From an uncultured Rickettsiales bacterium (GTDB taxonomy: Bacteria > Pseudomonadota > Alphaproteobacteria > Rs-D84), in contig CAMWQN010000003.1 of the NCBI GenBank assembly GCA_947176385.1, positions 3,230-67,229 on the forward strand: a DNA stretch of 64,000 nucleotides. The letters run 5' to 3'. Shown in pieces: positions 18,327 through 26,756 of the stretch. The translations under genes and the position numbers were made by a program. How positions within the stretch are numbered: the first letter of the stretch is position 1; each line of letters starts with the position of its first letter. The notes below the pieces were generated by a model that saw nothing but the letters and a program-made list of their open reading frames with translations, made no database searches and had not been told where the DNA came from.

Positions 18327-20600
18327 ATGAACCTGCTTATTGTTGAATCGCCATCAAAGGCAAAAACTATTGAAAAATATTTGGGGGCGGGATGGCGTGT
18401 TGTCGCGTCGGTTGGACACGTACGTGACTTGGTTCCTGAAAACGGCAGTGTTGATACAGAAAAAGACTTTGCAATGCGTTGGCAAATCATGCCGGGCAAG
18501 GAAAAGCAAATTAAATTAATAACCGATGAATTAAAAAAAGCAGACGCTGTATATCTGGCATCTGACCCGGATAGAGAAGGAGAGGCAATCGCCTGGCATA
18601 TCCATGACATTTTACGTGCAAAAAAATTATTAAGTGGTAAAAAAGTCTATCGCGTTGCATTCCACGAAATTACTAAACACGCAGTCCAGGATGCCATTGC
18701 AAATCCACGTGAAATTGATGAAAACTTGGTTGATGCATACCTGGTGCGACGTGCGCTGGATTATCTGATTGGGTTTGGAATATCCCCATTATTATGGCGT
18801 CGTAATTTGGGAAAATCCGCTGGGCGCGTCCAATCTGTTGCGGTTAAATTGGTTGTTGACCGTGAACGCGAAATCGAAAGTTTTAAACCTGTTGAATATT
18901 GGTCATTGACTGCAAATTGTGCATTGTCTGATAATGCGTTTAATGCGAATTTAATATCTGCAGGTGGCGAAAAAATTGATAAAATGACCATCGGAAATCG
19001 CGCCGCGATGGATACGATTTTGGCGACAATTGGTACGCCAGAAATAAATGCGCATGTTGTCACGATTGATAAAAAGAAAACAACCCGTCGGGCAGCCGCA
19101 CCATTTACAACCAGTACCCTGCAACAGGAAGCATCACGTAAATTGTATTTTTCATCCAAGCGCACAATGTCAACTGCGCAAAAATTATATGAACAGGGTT
19201 TAATTACATACATGCGTACGGATGCAACAAACTTGTCAGTTGATGCAGTAAATGCGATACGTGAATATATTGGTAAAAACTATGGCGATAAATTTGTCCC
19301 ACGCACACCAAATATATATGTCACAAAATCTAAAAATGCCCAGGAAGCGCACGAAGCAATTCGTCCAACACACTTTGATGGTGCGGCGCCAAAACTGTCG
19401 GGCGATGAAGCAAAATTGTATGACCTGATTTGGAAACGTACAATTGCATGTCAAATGACAAATGCAGAATTTGACAGTGTTGCGGCTGATATCGAAACAG
19501 AAAATAAAGCTGCTGTATTTCATGCTGTTGGCACAACACGTACATTTGATGGATTTATGCGTGTATATATCGAAGACCGCGATGACGACACGTCAAATGC
19601 AGAATCAAAATTGCCACCGATGAATGTTGGCGATAATATAATTATTACAGAATTGGTTCCAGAGCAACACTTTACACAACCGCCGGCACGATATACCGAA
19701 GCGTCATTGGTAAAAAAATTGGAAGAACTGGGTATCGGACGTCCATCAACATATGCAACAATTATGTCCACAATCGTTGACCGTAAATATGTTGAACAGG
19801 ATAAACAACGTCGTTTTCATCCAACATCCGGCGGATGGGTAATCGCATCATATTTATCAAAATACTTTACGGATTTGGTTGATGTGAACTTTACCGCAAA
19901 AACCGAAGATATGTTGGACGATGTATCAAATGGAAAGCAGAAAAAATTGGCAGCATTAAAATCATTCTGGACACCTACACAAAGTATGATTGATGGCGCG
20001 CGTGACGTTAAAACAACCGATATTATTGATACAATAAATGCGCAAATGTTTAATCATTTGTTCACCGATGGCAACAACAAATGTCCACAGTGTGGTGGAA
20101 AATTGGGTATAAAATTATCCAAGTATGGTGCATTTATCGGATGTGTAAATTATCCGGAATGTAATTATACAAAACGCCTGACAGAAGGGGATGATACCCC
20201 AGAAAATGATGGGGATAAAAAAACGCCGTCGATGGCGGCAGCTGCCGCATCCGTCGATTTAGGCGATGGGATTTCTTTCCGTGTTGGAAGATACGGTCCA
20301 TATGTGACAGACGGCAAAAAAAATGTCGCCGCCAAGCAATATACAGCAGAAAATATTACACTGGACGTGGCACGTGAATTGTTAAGTGGTGGTCCGAAAA
20401 AAGCTGAACCCGTCGAAATCGGTGAAAACCCAGCGACAGGCGCGATGATTTATTTCTATCCAACCGGTCGCTATGGTGCATACATATCATCGAACAAGGT
20501 AAATGTCAGTGTCAAAGAAATGCCGGACCTTGCCACCGCGGCAGAACTGATTAACAATAAAAAGCCATCTGCCCGTCGCGGGTTTACCAAGAAGAAATAA
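18327..20600 (+). CDS. topA: DNA topoisomerase I
   Basis: 757 aa with a TOPRIM N-terminus (LLIVESPSKAKTIEKYLG), an active-site region and a C-terminal zinc ribbon (CPQCGGKL...CVNYPECNY). Confidence 0.95.
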   Translation: MNLLIVESPSKAKTIEKYLGAGWRVVASVGHVRDLVPENGSVDTEKDFAMRWQIMPGKEKQIKLITDELKKADAVYLASDPDREGEAIAWHIHDILRAKKLLSGKKVYRVAFHEITKHAVQDAIANPREIDENLVDAYLVRRALDYLIGFGISPLLWRRNLGKSAGRVQSVAVKLVVDREREIESFKPVEYWSLTANCALSDNAFNANLISAGGEKIDKMTIGNRAAMDTILATIGTPEINAHVVTIDKKKTTRRAAAPFTTSTLQQEASRKLYFSSKRTMSTAQKLYEQGLITYMRTDATNLSVDAVNAIREYIGKNYGDKFVPRTPNIYVTKSKNAQEAHEAIRPTHFDGAAPKLSGDEAKLYDLIWKRTIACQMTNAEFDSVAADIETENKAAVFHAVGTTRTFDGFMRVYIEDRDDDTSNAESKLPPMNVGDNIIITELVPEQHFTQPPARYTEASLVKKLEELGIGRPSTYATIMSTIVDRKYVEQDKQRRFHPTSGGWVIASYLSKYFTDLVDVNFTAKTEDMLDDVSNGKQKKLAALKSFWTPTQSMIDGARDVKTTDIIDTINAQMFNHLFTDGNNKCPQCGGKLGIKLSKYGAFIGCVNYPECNYTKRLTEGDDTPENDGDKKTPSMAAAAASVDLGDGISFRVGRYGPYVTDGKKNVAAKQYTAENITLDVARELLSGGPKKAEPVEIGENPATGAMIYFYPTGRYGAYISSNKVNVSVKEMPDLATAAELINNKKPSARRGFTKKK

Positions 20601-20603
20601 GAA

Positions 20604-20915
20604 ATGAATCGGATTCAAAAATATCAATTATACAGAAAACTGAAAAATCCAGGTCCAACAACATCGAACCGCAATGGTTCTGTTGAATCTGATATATTTC
20701 GTATTGATTGGAAATATACAGATGGAAACGTATCATATTTTATAAAGTCTGTTTATGGTGGTGATAATATTTTCTTTACTGATGTTTTGTTAAACGGTAA
20801 AACCGTAACAACATTTACCGGTCGCCGTGCACGTACATTGTTTCATTTGGCAAAATCTGTTATGGCAAAAGAAATTGTATATGGAAATGTAACTTATATT
20901 AGGATAACACGTTAA
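20604..20915 (+). CDS. Hypothetical protein (103 aa) packed between topA and dnaG
   Basis: ORF starts 3 nt after the topA stop and ends 3 nt before the dnaG start. No recognisable domain. Confidence 0.4.
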   Translation: MNRIQKYQLYRKLKNPGPTTSNRNGSVESDIFRIDWKYTDGNVSYFIKSVYGGDNIFFTDVLLNGKTVTTFTGRRARTLFHLAKSVMAKEIVYGNVTYIRITR

Positions 20916-20918
20916 TTC

Positions 20919-22535
20919 ATGGCATCATATGACCGCAACTTTACCGATGAATTACGTGCACGACTGTCAGTCGTTGATGTTGTCGCGCGACGTGTGCCGT
21001 TAACAAAAAAGGGGTTAAATTATTGGGGTTGTTGTCCGTTTCATAATGAAAAAACACCGAGTTTCAGTGTTAACGAAGAAAAAGGATTTTATCACTGTTT
21101 TGGATGCGGTGAACATGGTGACATTATATCGTTTACGATGAAAACCGGTAATCTGGAATTTCGTGATGCAATCAAAGAACTGGCAGATTTGGCAGGTCTG
21201 AAAATGCCGGAATACAAACCGAAATCTGCGGAACAAATAAATCGTGAACAGACATATTTTGATATAACCGAACGCGCTGCAAATGCATATCATAAAAGAC
21301 TGTTTGAACCTGATGGTGCGGGGGCCCTCTCATACATACGTGGGCGCGGGTTTACCGATGATATGATAAAAAAATATAAACTCGGATACGCGCCAAAAAA
21401 TAATTTTATTGCGAATACATTTACAAATGTAAAACCGGATGCATTAATGTCGGCAGGACTTTGCCGGCGTGGTGATTATGGATTATACGATTTCTTTCGC
21501 GATAAATTGATGTTTCCGATTTTTAATCCTGGTGGTCAGGTTATTGCATTTTCCGGACGCAGTATGGACGGACGCGAACCCAAATATATGAACACAACGG
21601 ATACAGATTTCTTTCATAAACGCCAGACTGTATTTGGATTAAATTTTGCCCGTAACGCAATCCACAGTGCAAACCGCAGCATTGTGGTCGAAGGACAAAT
21701 TGATGCCATTCAAATGCAATGCAATGGATTTGGCGAAACGGTTGCGCCACTTGGGACAGCACTGACCGAAGATCATATTGCGTTGCTATGTAAATCAAAT
21801 CGTAACATAACATTTTGCTTTGATGGGGATAATGCAGGGCAAAAGGCAGCCGCACGTGCAATGGGATTGGTTATGCCATTTATACGTGATAATTCCGATG
21901 TTAAATTTGCATTTGTATCTGGTGGCAAGGATCCGGATGAAGTATTAAAATCGGGTGGCGTGGATGCCATGCGTAAAATCATTGATGATGCGACCGGATG
22001 GGTTGATTATTTGTGGAATATTGCCAACACAAAGTTTTTAACATCGACACCCGGCGGGCGCAGTCAGGCAGAAAAATTCTTACAAACAGAAACAGAAAAA
22101 ATAACAGACAATAATCTGAAAAAAGAAGTGATGAAAGAATATCAAAAAAGAATGTTTCAGACCTGGCATAAATGGAAGAAAGACGACACCAAAACCAATA
22201 TTCAATTACCATCGGTCGATGCCGTTACAAAAAATACACTGATTTATATTACAAACGCGTTCCCGGATGTAACAGAACGATATGGTGATTTCTTGGCAAC
22301 ATTAAACATTGATTTCGATGGTGCAACAACTGACCTGGGGTGGAACGCTGTGGCAGCTGAAAAATATATCGTATCATTAAAACTGCAACGGCATCTGGCG
22401 AAATTGAAATTACAACGCAAAGAATTATTAACAATGGCACTTGCCGGTGATACCGGTGCCAAGGCGCAGATGGATGAAATAGACGCCGATATTGCAAAAT
22501 TTACAGAAAAACTGGAAACATTATCATCAATATAA
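20919..22535 (+). CDS. dnaG: DNA primase
   Basis: 538 aa with the zinc-binding motif CPFHNEKTPSFSV...CFGCGEHGD and a TOPRIM domain (VVEGQIDA, DGDNAGQKAA). Confidence 0.95.
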   Translation: MASYDRNFTDELRARLSVVDVVARRVPLTKKGLNYWGCCPFHNEKTPSFSVNEEKGFYHCFGCGEHGDIISFTMKTGNLEFRDAIKELADLAGLKMPEYKPKSAEQINREQTYFDITERAANAYHKRLFEPDGAGALSYIRGRGFTDDMIKKYKLGYAPKNNFIANTFTNVKPDALMSAGLCRRGDYGLYDFFRDKLMFPIFNPGGQVIAFSGRSMDGREPKYMNTTDTDFFHKRQTVFGLNFARNAIHSANRSIVVEGQIDAIQMQCNGFGETVAPLGTALTEDHIALLCKSNRNITFCFDGDNAGQKAAARAMGLVMPFIRDNSDVKFAFVSGGKDPDEVLKSGGVDAMRKIIDDATGWVDYLWNIANTKFLTSTPGGRSQAEKFLQTETEKITDNNLKKEVMKEYQKRMFQTWHKWKKDDTKTNIQLPSVDAVTKNTLIYITNAFPDVTERYGDFLATLNIDFDGATTDLGWNAVAAEKYIVSLKLQRHLAKLKLQRKELLTMALAGDTGAKAQMDEIDADIAKFTEKLETLSSI

Positions 22536-22536
22536 A

Positions 22537-22809
22537 ATGCAATATTTAATCCAGAATATCGATAAAATTCATACCACACAAAACGGGGTGGGGCGTATTG
22601 TAAAAAATACCGGTTTTTTTGAACATTTTTATCAAAAAGACCGGGAAATTGCATATAATAAAATTATCGATTTTTGCCGGCAAAATATAAAAAATCCGGA
22701 TTCAAAAATATCAATTTGTGGCAAGAATTATTATGTGGAATCAGGTCCAATAATCTGGACGATAAACCGGCACAGTTTTACAATTATTACCGCACATAAA
22801 AAGAAATAA
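22537..22809 (+). CDS. DUF3781-family small protein carrying an apparent in-frame palindromic-element insertion
   Basis: 90 aa from ATG 22537. IHTTQNGVGRIVKN ... GKNYYVE ... FTIITAHK matches my recollection of the DUF3781 pattern. Residues TGFFEHFYQKDREI are encoded by repeat 22609-22650. Confidence 0.55.
   Translation: MQYLIQNIDKIHTTQNGVGRIVKNTGFFEHFYQKDREIAYNKIIDFCRQNIKNPDSKISICGKNYYVESGPIIWTINRHSFTIITAHKKK
22609..22650 (+). repeat. Palindromic element, copy a (inside the DUF3781 ORF)
   Basis: ACCGGTTTTTTTGAACATTTTTATCAAAAAGACCGGGAAATT. It shares a 20-nt and a 10-nt identical block with 23829-23870. Confidence 0.8.
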
Positions 22810-22848
22810 TTTGTTGACACAATAATTATTTGTGTTAATTTTATTTTT

Positions 22849-23802
22849 ATGAATAACATTATTTCATTCAATGATTTTTGCAATTTCTTGAACGGGTCCA
22901 TAAGATGGGAACTGTTCATCAAGGTTACAAATTTATGTAACCTGCAATGTGCGCATTGCTGTGAATGCAGTGGTCCGAACGAAGCCCCAACATTTATTCC
23001 GATATCGGATGTGCGTACAATAACAGAAAATTTCAAACGTGAAAAAAATATATATCCAATTGTTGCAATCAGTGGTGGCGAACCGATGACAGCATATAAG
23101 CATAAGCCGTATTATATTCCACAACTGATAAAATTATTTGCAAAACAGAACTTTTATGCAATTGAATTAAAGACAAACACTGTTTGGACAACGCAACCGG
23201 GCGCTGATGTTATATTTCGCGATTTAACAGAAATATCTGCCAAATATCCGAAACTTTATACAATGTATCATTTGTCGTTGGATTCATTCCATGCAAATGC
23301 CACCAAGAATGTATCTGAATTTATTCGTTGGTATTATGACAACGATAATTTATCCCCAAAAATATGCACACACATATTTTATGATAATCATGACACGTTG
23401 GTCAACATGCTGGTTGATTTGGCTGAAAAATATAATATCATGTTGGATTTTGAAAAAGATGTGGTACATGAGTTTTCAAAACTGCATGCGAAAAAGTTTA
23501 TTAACAAAGATAAATTTATTGTGTTTGAACCATACAGTGGTATTGAAAATCTGGGGCGTGCAAAACAAAATCGTATTGCGACACGGTCATTTCCAAGTAT
23601 CCAAAAGCAATTCTTGGAAAAAATACAACAAAACCATTCTTTGACATTTGATAATCGTGGTCTGGCATTTATCGATTGTTCAGCACATATGGCATCGACA
23701 CCATATCATGACGCACGTGGTCGTATAAAACCAATACATGTCATAAAACGCGAATTGTTTGAAATCTTATATAAACGATATTTGATTGAAAATGGTCGGT
23801 AA
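22849..23802 (+). CDS. Radical SAM protein of unknown function
   Basis: 317 aa with a CX3CX2C motif (CNLQCAHCC) near the N-terminus and a GGEP motif (AISGGEPM). Has its own TTGACA -35-like box at 22812. Confidence 0.75.
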   Translation: MNNIISFNDFCNFLNGSIRWELFIKVTNLCNLQCAHCCECSGPNEAPTFIPISDVRTITENFKREKNIYPIVAISGGEPMTAYKHKPYYIPQLIKLFAKQNFYAIELKTNTVWTTQPGADVIFRDLTEISAKYPKLYTMYHLSLDSFHANATKNVSEFIRWYYDNDNLSPKICTHIFYDNHDTLVNMLVDLAEKYNIMLDFEKDVVHEFSKLHAKKFINKDKFIVFEPYSGIENLGRAKQNRIATRSFPSIQKQFLEKIQQNHSLTFDNRGLAFIDCSAHMASTPYHDARGRIKPIHVIKRELFEILYKRYLIENGR

Positions 23803-23828
23803 ATACCGGCATATAAAAAAATAAAATT

Positions 23829-23876
23829 CCCGGCCTTTTTGAACATTTTTATCAAAAAAGCCGGGAAATTTTTTTT
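23829..23876. terminator. Palindromic element copy b, acting as a bidirectional terminator (radical SAM / ychF)
   Basis: CCCGGCCTTTTT-GAACATTTTTATC-AAAAAAGCCGGG followed by AAATTTTTTTT. Homologous to 22609-22650. Confidence 0.7.
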
Positions 23877-24954
23877 AATTATTAAACAAGAAATGACATA
23901 TATCGCCGTCGGTCATTACATATTCTTTGCCGACGGTGCGCATGCGTCCAGCCTCGCGTACCGGCAGTTCGCCACCTAATTCTATAAAATCATCAGGGGT
24001 GATAATTTCGGCGCGGATAAATCCTTTCTCAAAATCACTGTGGATTTTGCCTGCCGCCTGGGGCGCGGTCATGCCGCTGGTTATTGTCCATGCATGTGCT
24101 TCCTTGGGTCCAATGGTATAAAATGTTTGCAAGCCAAGTGTCTTGTATCCGGTTTTGATAACCTGTTGCAGACCAGATTCCGCCAGACCCAAATCAGTTA
24201 AAAACATTGCACGTTCTTCATGGTCAACAATTTGCGCAATTTCCATTTCGATTTTTGATGATATAACCAATACCGCATTTGTTGCGCCAAATTTATCACG
24301 GACGCTGTCCGAATATTTGTTACCGGTTGCAGCAGATGCCTCGTCCACATTGCATACATAAATAACAGGTTTTGCCGTCAGCAAATTAAATGGTGATGCA
24401 TCAACCCCAGCATTACGCGCAGGGGTACCGGATTCCAAGCCTGCTTTGATTGTATTTGCATCAGCCAATAATTTTGCCGCTTCTTTGTCCAGACCACGTG
24501 CCTTTTTTTCCAGATTCTTAATCTGTTTATCGATACTTTCCAGGTCCGCCAGCATTAATTCTGTTTCAATTGTATCAATGTCTGACAATGGGTCGATATG
24601 ACCGTTAACGTGCACAATGTCATCATTTTCAAAACACCTTACAACATGAATTATCGCATCAGTTGACAGAATATTTCCCAAGAATTTATTCCCCAATCCT
24701 TCGCCCGCAGACGCACCCTTGACCAGACCTGCAATATCAACAATTTCCAGTTGTGTCGGTATGATTTTTACAGACTTTGCAACATCTGCCAATTTATGCA
24801 ATGTCGCATCCGGTACAACAACACGACCGGTATTTGGTTCGATAGTGCAGAATGGATAGTTCTGGGCATCCGCTGCCGCACTTTGTGTTAATGCATTAAA
24901 TAATGTCGATTTACCAACGTTTGGCAAGCCAACAATTCCACAATTGAATCCCAT
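23875..24954 (-). CDS. ychF: Ribosome-binding ATPase YchF
   Basis: 359 aa with GIVGLPNVGKSTLFNALT and a C-terminal TGS domain (RAWTI-like AHAWTITSG, GKIHSDFEKGFIRAE). Confidence 0.95.
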   Translation of the reverse strand: MGFNCGIVGLPNVGKSTLFNALTQSAAADAQNYPFCTIEPNTGRVVVPDATLHKLADVAKSVKIIPTQLEIVDIAGLVKGASAGEGLGNKFLGNILSTDAIIHVVRCFENDDIVHVNGHIDPLSDIDTIETELMLADLESIDKQIKNLEKKARGLDKEAAKLLADANTIKAGLESGTPARNAGVDASPFNLLTAKPVIYVCNVDEASAATGNKYSDSVRDKFGATNAVLVISSKIEMEIAQIVDHEERAMFLTDLGLAESGLQQVIKTGYKTLGLQTFYTIGPKEAHAWTITSGMTAPQAAGKIHSDFEKGFIRAEIITPDDFIELGGELPVREAGRMRTVGKEYVMTDGDICHFLFNN

Positions 24955-24972
24955 ACGTTTTTCCTTTATAAT

Positions 24973-25662
24973 GTGCTTAATATGTCATACATGTGGAATG
25001 AATTCAATATAAAAACCTTTGCGGCGGAAACTGTTGTTTTTCGCGATGGTGTATATTGTCCGGAATTATCCACACTGAAAAATACAGACATTGATAAAAA
25101 ATATGATTTACCGGTTCATATTATATATATTGGTGAAATCGCCGGCGAAAATGTAATTGATATAAATATAGGTGCAAAAAATCAGCCAGTATTTTTAAGT
25201 GTTGATGTAAATGTTAAAACATCGGCAAAATTAAAGATTTTTGTTAAAAATGCCGGGCAAAATTCAGAATTACGTGGACATGTAAAAATTGAAAATTCAG
25301 GTACATTGGATTTTGAATGTCGTGGGGTGCACTATGTCGAAAATACCGGCATTTTGGTTCAAACAAAATTGATTGCAAATCAGGGCAGCACATCAAAAAT
25401 GCGTGGTGCGGCAATTATCAAAAGTGATGCGCCAAATGCGGTCAGCAATATTTCATTTGCAGCAATGGCGGACCCAACAGCCAGAATCGAATTTATGCCG
25501 GCACAATATATATCATCGGTTCCAAACACTGCCGACCACAGTTCATCGCTGTATGCGCCAAGTAGCCCACAAATACTATACCTGCGCCAGGCAGGATTAT
25601 CAGGGGCAGAGGTTGCAGACGCCACCCGTCATGCATTTATGAATGATTTTAATCTGTTTTAA
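24973..25662 (+). CDS. SufD/SufB-family beta-helix domain protein (short, orphan)
   Basis: 229 aa. The C-terminal ILYLRQAGLSGAEVADATRHAFMNDF resembles the SufB/SufD C-terminus. No sufB, sufC or sufS nearby. The start codon is uncertain (18-nt divergent gap to ychF). Confidence 0.5.
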   Translation: MLNMSYMWNEFNIKTFAAETVVFRDGVYCPELSTLKNTDIDKKYDLPVHIIYIGEIAGENVIDINIGAKNQPVFLSVDVNVKTSAKLKIFVKNAGQNSELRGHVKIENSGTLDFECRGVHYVENTGILVQTKLIANQGSTSKMRGAAIIKSDAPNAVSNISFAAMADPTARIEFMPAQYISSVPNTADHSSSLYAPSSPQILYLRQAGLSGAEVADATRHAFMNDFNLF

Positions 25663-25685
25663 GAATATAAAATAAATATGATGAT

Positions 25686-25748
25686 GGTTGGGGCTGATAG
25701 CAGTCTCAAGTTGCCCATGCGTATTCAATATATTCCGCACCCCCAACC
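25686..25748 (-). repeat. GGGGGTG...CCCCAACC palindromic repeat element, copy 2
   Basis: The reverse complement aligns almost base for base with 9937-9998. Confidence 0.7.
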
Positions 25749-25751
25749 AGT

Positions 25752-25908
25752 AAAAAATAAAACCACTGTAAAAAATACAGGGGTTGGAGGTTAAGAACTA
25801 CTAAAGGTAATAGTGCTGCTTATTCAAATATTTCACAGCCCTCCAACCAAGTTGGAGATTTTTTCCTTTAAGAGGTTCTTACACCTCACGCTGATAATTC
25901 ATCAGTGC
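25752..25908 (-). ncRNA. Candidate structured small RNA, paralog 2 of 3
   Basis: The reverse complement aligns with 9775-9933 and has the same hairpins and TTTTATTTTTT end. The central ~45 nt are divergent. Confidence 0.6.
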
Positions 25909-25914
25909 GTATTT

Positions 25915-25943
25915 ATTATATCGGATTAAATGCAGATTTGCAA
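25915..25943 (-). promoter_or_regulatory. Near-consensus promoter of structured RNA copy 2
   Basis: Minus strand has TTGCAA (25943-25938), a 17-nt spacer and TATAAT (25920-25915). Confidence 0.7.
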
Positions 25944-26007
25944 ATGTAATAAAAAAAGACGCGCCATTTACATGCCACGCCCGAAAACTATAATCACAAT
26001 CCGTGAA

Positions 26008-26142
26008 TTATTTTTTCTTAAAGCCTTGTTTCGCTTTCAACTTTGGATTATCTGGATCAATCAAGATAATCTGTTTACCACGACGGATTTGTTTTACATT
26101 ACCGCGTTTTTTCCAGGCCTTTAATGAACTTAAAAATTTCAT
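26008..26142 (-). CDS. rpmJ: 50S ribosomal protein L36, type B (zinc-independent, YkgO-like); below the ORF-track size cutoff
   Basis: My own translation gives MKFLSSLKAWKKRGNVKQIRRGKQIILIDPDNPKLKAKQGFKKK (44 aa). It parallels E. coli YkgO ([46 protein letters not shown]). An AAGGA RBS lies upstream. Confidence 0.8.
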   Translation of the reverse strand: MKFLSSLKAWKKRGNVKQIRRGKQIILIDPDNPKLKAKQGFKKK

Positions 26143-26237
26143 ATCAAAATCCTTTTTACAGGGGCATTATAAACGGTTTTTCTGAAAAATCAAATAATAT
26201 ATTATTTTTATTGTTGTTGTAGTTGGGGCTGTTCAAA

Positions 26238-26426
26238 CTGTTGAAAATCGGTTTTTAAGTTTTTATTAACAGTTTTTCAACAATTATTTCCCGGATTTCT
26301 GGGACTCTATGGTCGAATTGTTGAAAAATACCCCTGTTTATTTAACAGTTGAAAAAGTCACAGTTTTAAACGTTTTTAACAATTTGGATGTGAAATTTTT
26401 TGTGCTTGTTGAAAACTGTTGAAATT
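26238..26426 (+). promoter_or_regulatory. Array of six (T/C)TGTTGAAAA-like boxes upstream of virB3
   Basis: Boxes at 26238, 26274 (inverted), 26318, 26346, 26406 and 26417. The exact 10-mer TTGTTGAAAA occurs at 26318 and 26406 and as its reverse complement at 26274. Confidence 0.55.
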
Positions 26427-26434
26427 GTTATAAT
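26406..26434 (+). promoter_or_regulatory. Putative extended -10 promoter of virB3-virB4
   Basis: TTGTTG (26406-26411), 17-nt spacer, TGtTATAAT (26426-26434). The -35 region coincides with two TGTTGAAA boxes. Confidence 0.5.
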
Positions 26435-26457
26435 TTTAAACATCCAGAGGAAGAGTT

Positions 26458-26754
26458 ATGAAACAGCAGGTATTAAAGGCGTTGGCAAATCCGGCACGTA
26501 TATTTTATGTGCCATATACGCTGGCGGTGATAAATTTCGCCGTGCTGTTTTTTGCATATATTATTATCGCAGTCGCATGGACGATTGTTATGGGTATGAA
26601 TAAGTTTCCAAGTCCAATGTACTTTTTAGTGATATTGATTGTGACACATATGATTTTGGCGACTTTTTCCAAGAAAGACCCGCAACTGGGGCAAATTATC
26701 GCCGCAAAAATTCAACTGTTTAAAAAGAAAATACCAGGGAGATTGGCAGCATAA
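26458..26754 (+). CDS. virB3: Type IV secretion system protein VirB3
   Basis: 98 aa with two TM helices and a VirB3/TrbD-like N-terminus (LALANPARIFYVPY). Lies immediately upstream of virB4. Confidence 0.75.
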   Translation: MKQQVLKALANPARIFYVPYTLAVINFAVLFFAYIIIAVAWTIVMGMNKFPSPMYFLVILIVTHMILATFSKKDPQLGQIIAAKIQLFKKKIPGRLAA

Positions 26755-26756
26755 CC

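Noticed and set aside
26143-26457. The AT-rich repeat-containing region, considered as a replication origin or CRISPR-like array, plus a CtrA-type TTAA-N7-TTAAC site near 26376.
   Set aside because: - No DnaA-box-like 9-mers (TTATCCACA or variants) are present.
- The repeats are only ~10 nt, irregularly spaced and partly inverted, so this is not CRISPR.
- The TTAA/TTAAC half-sites are spaced by 6 nt, not 7.
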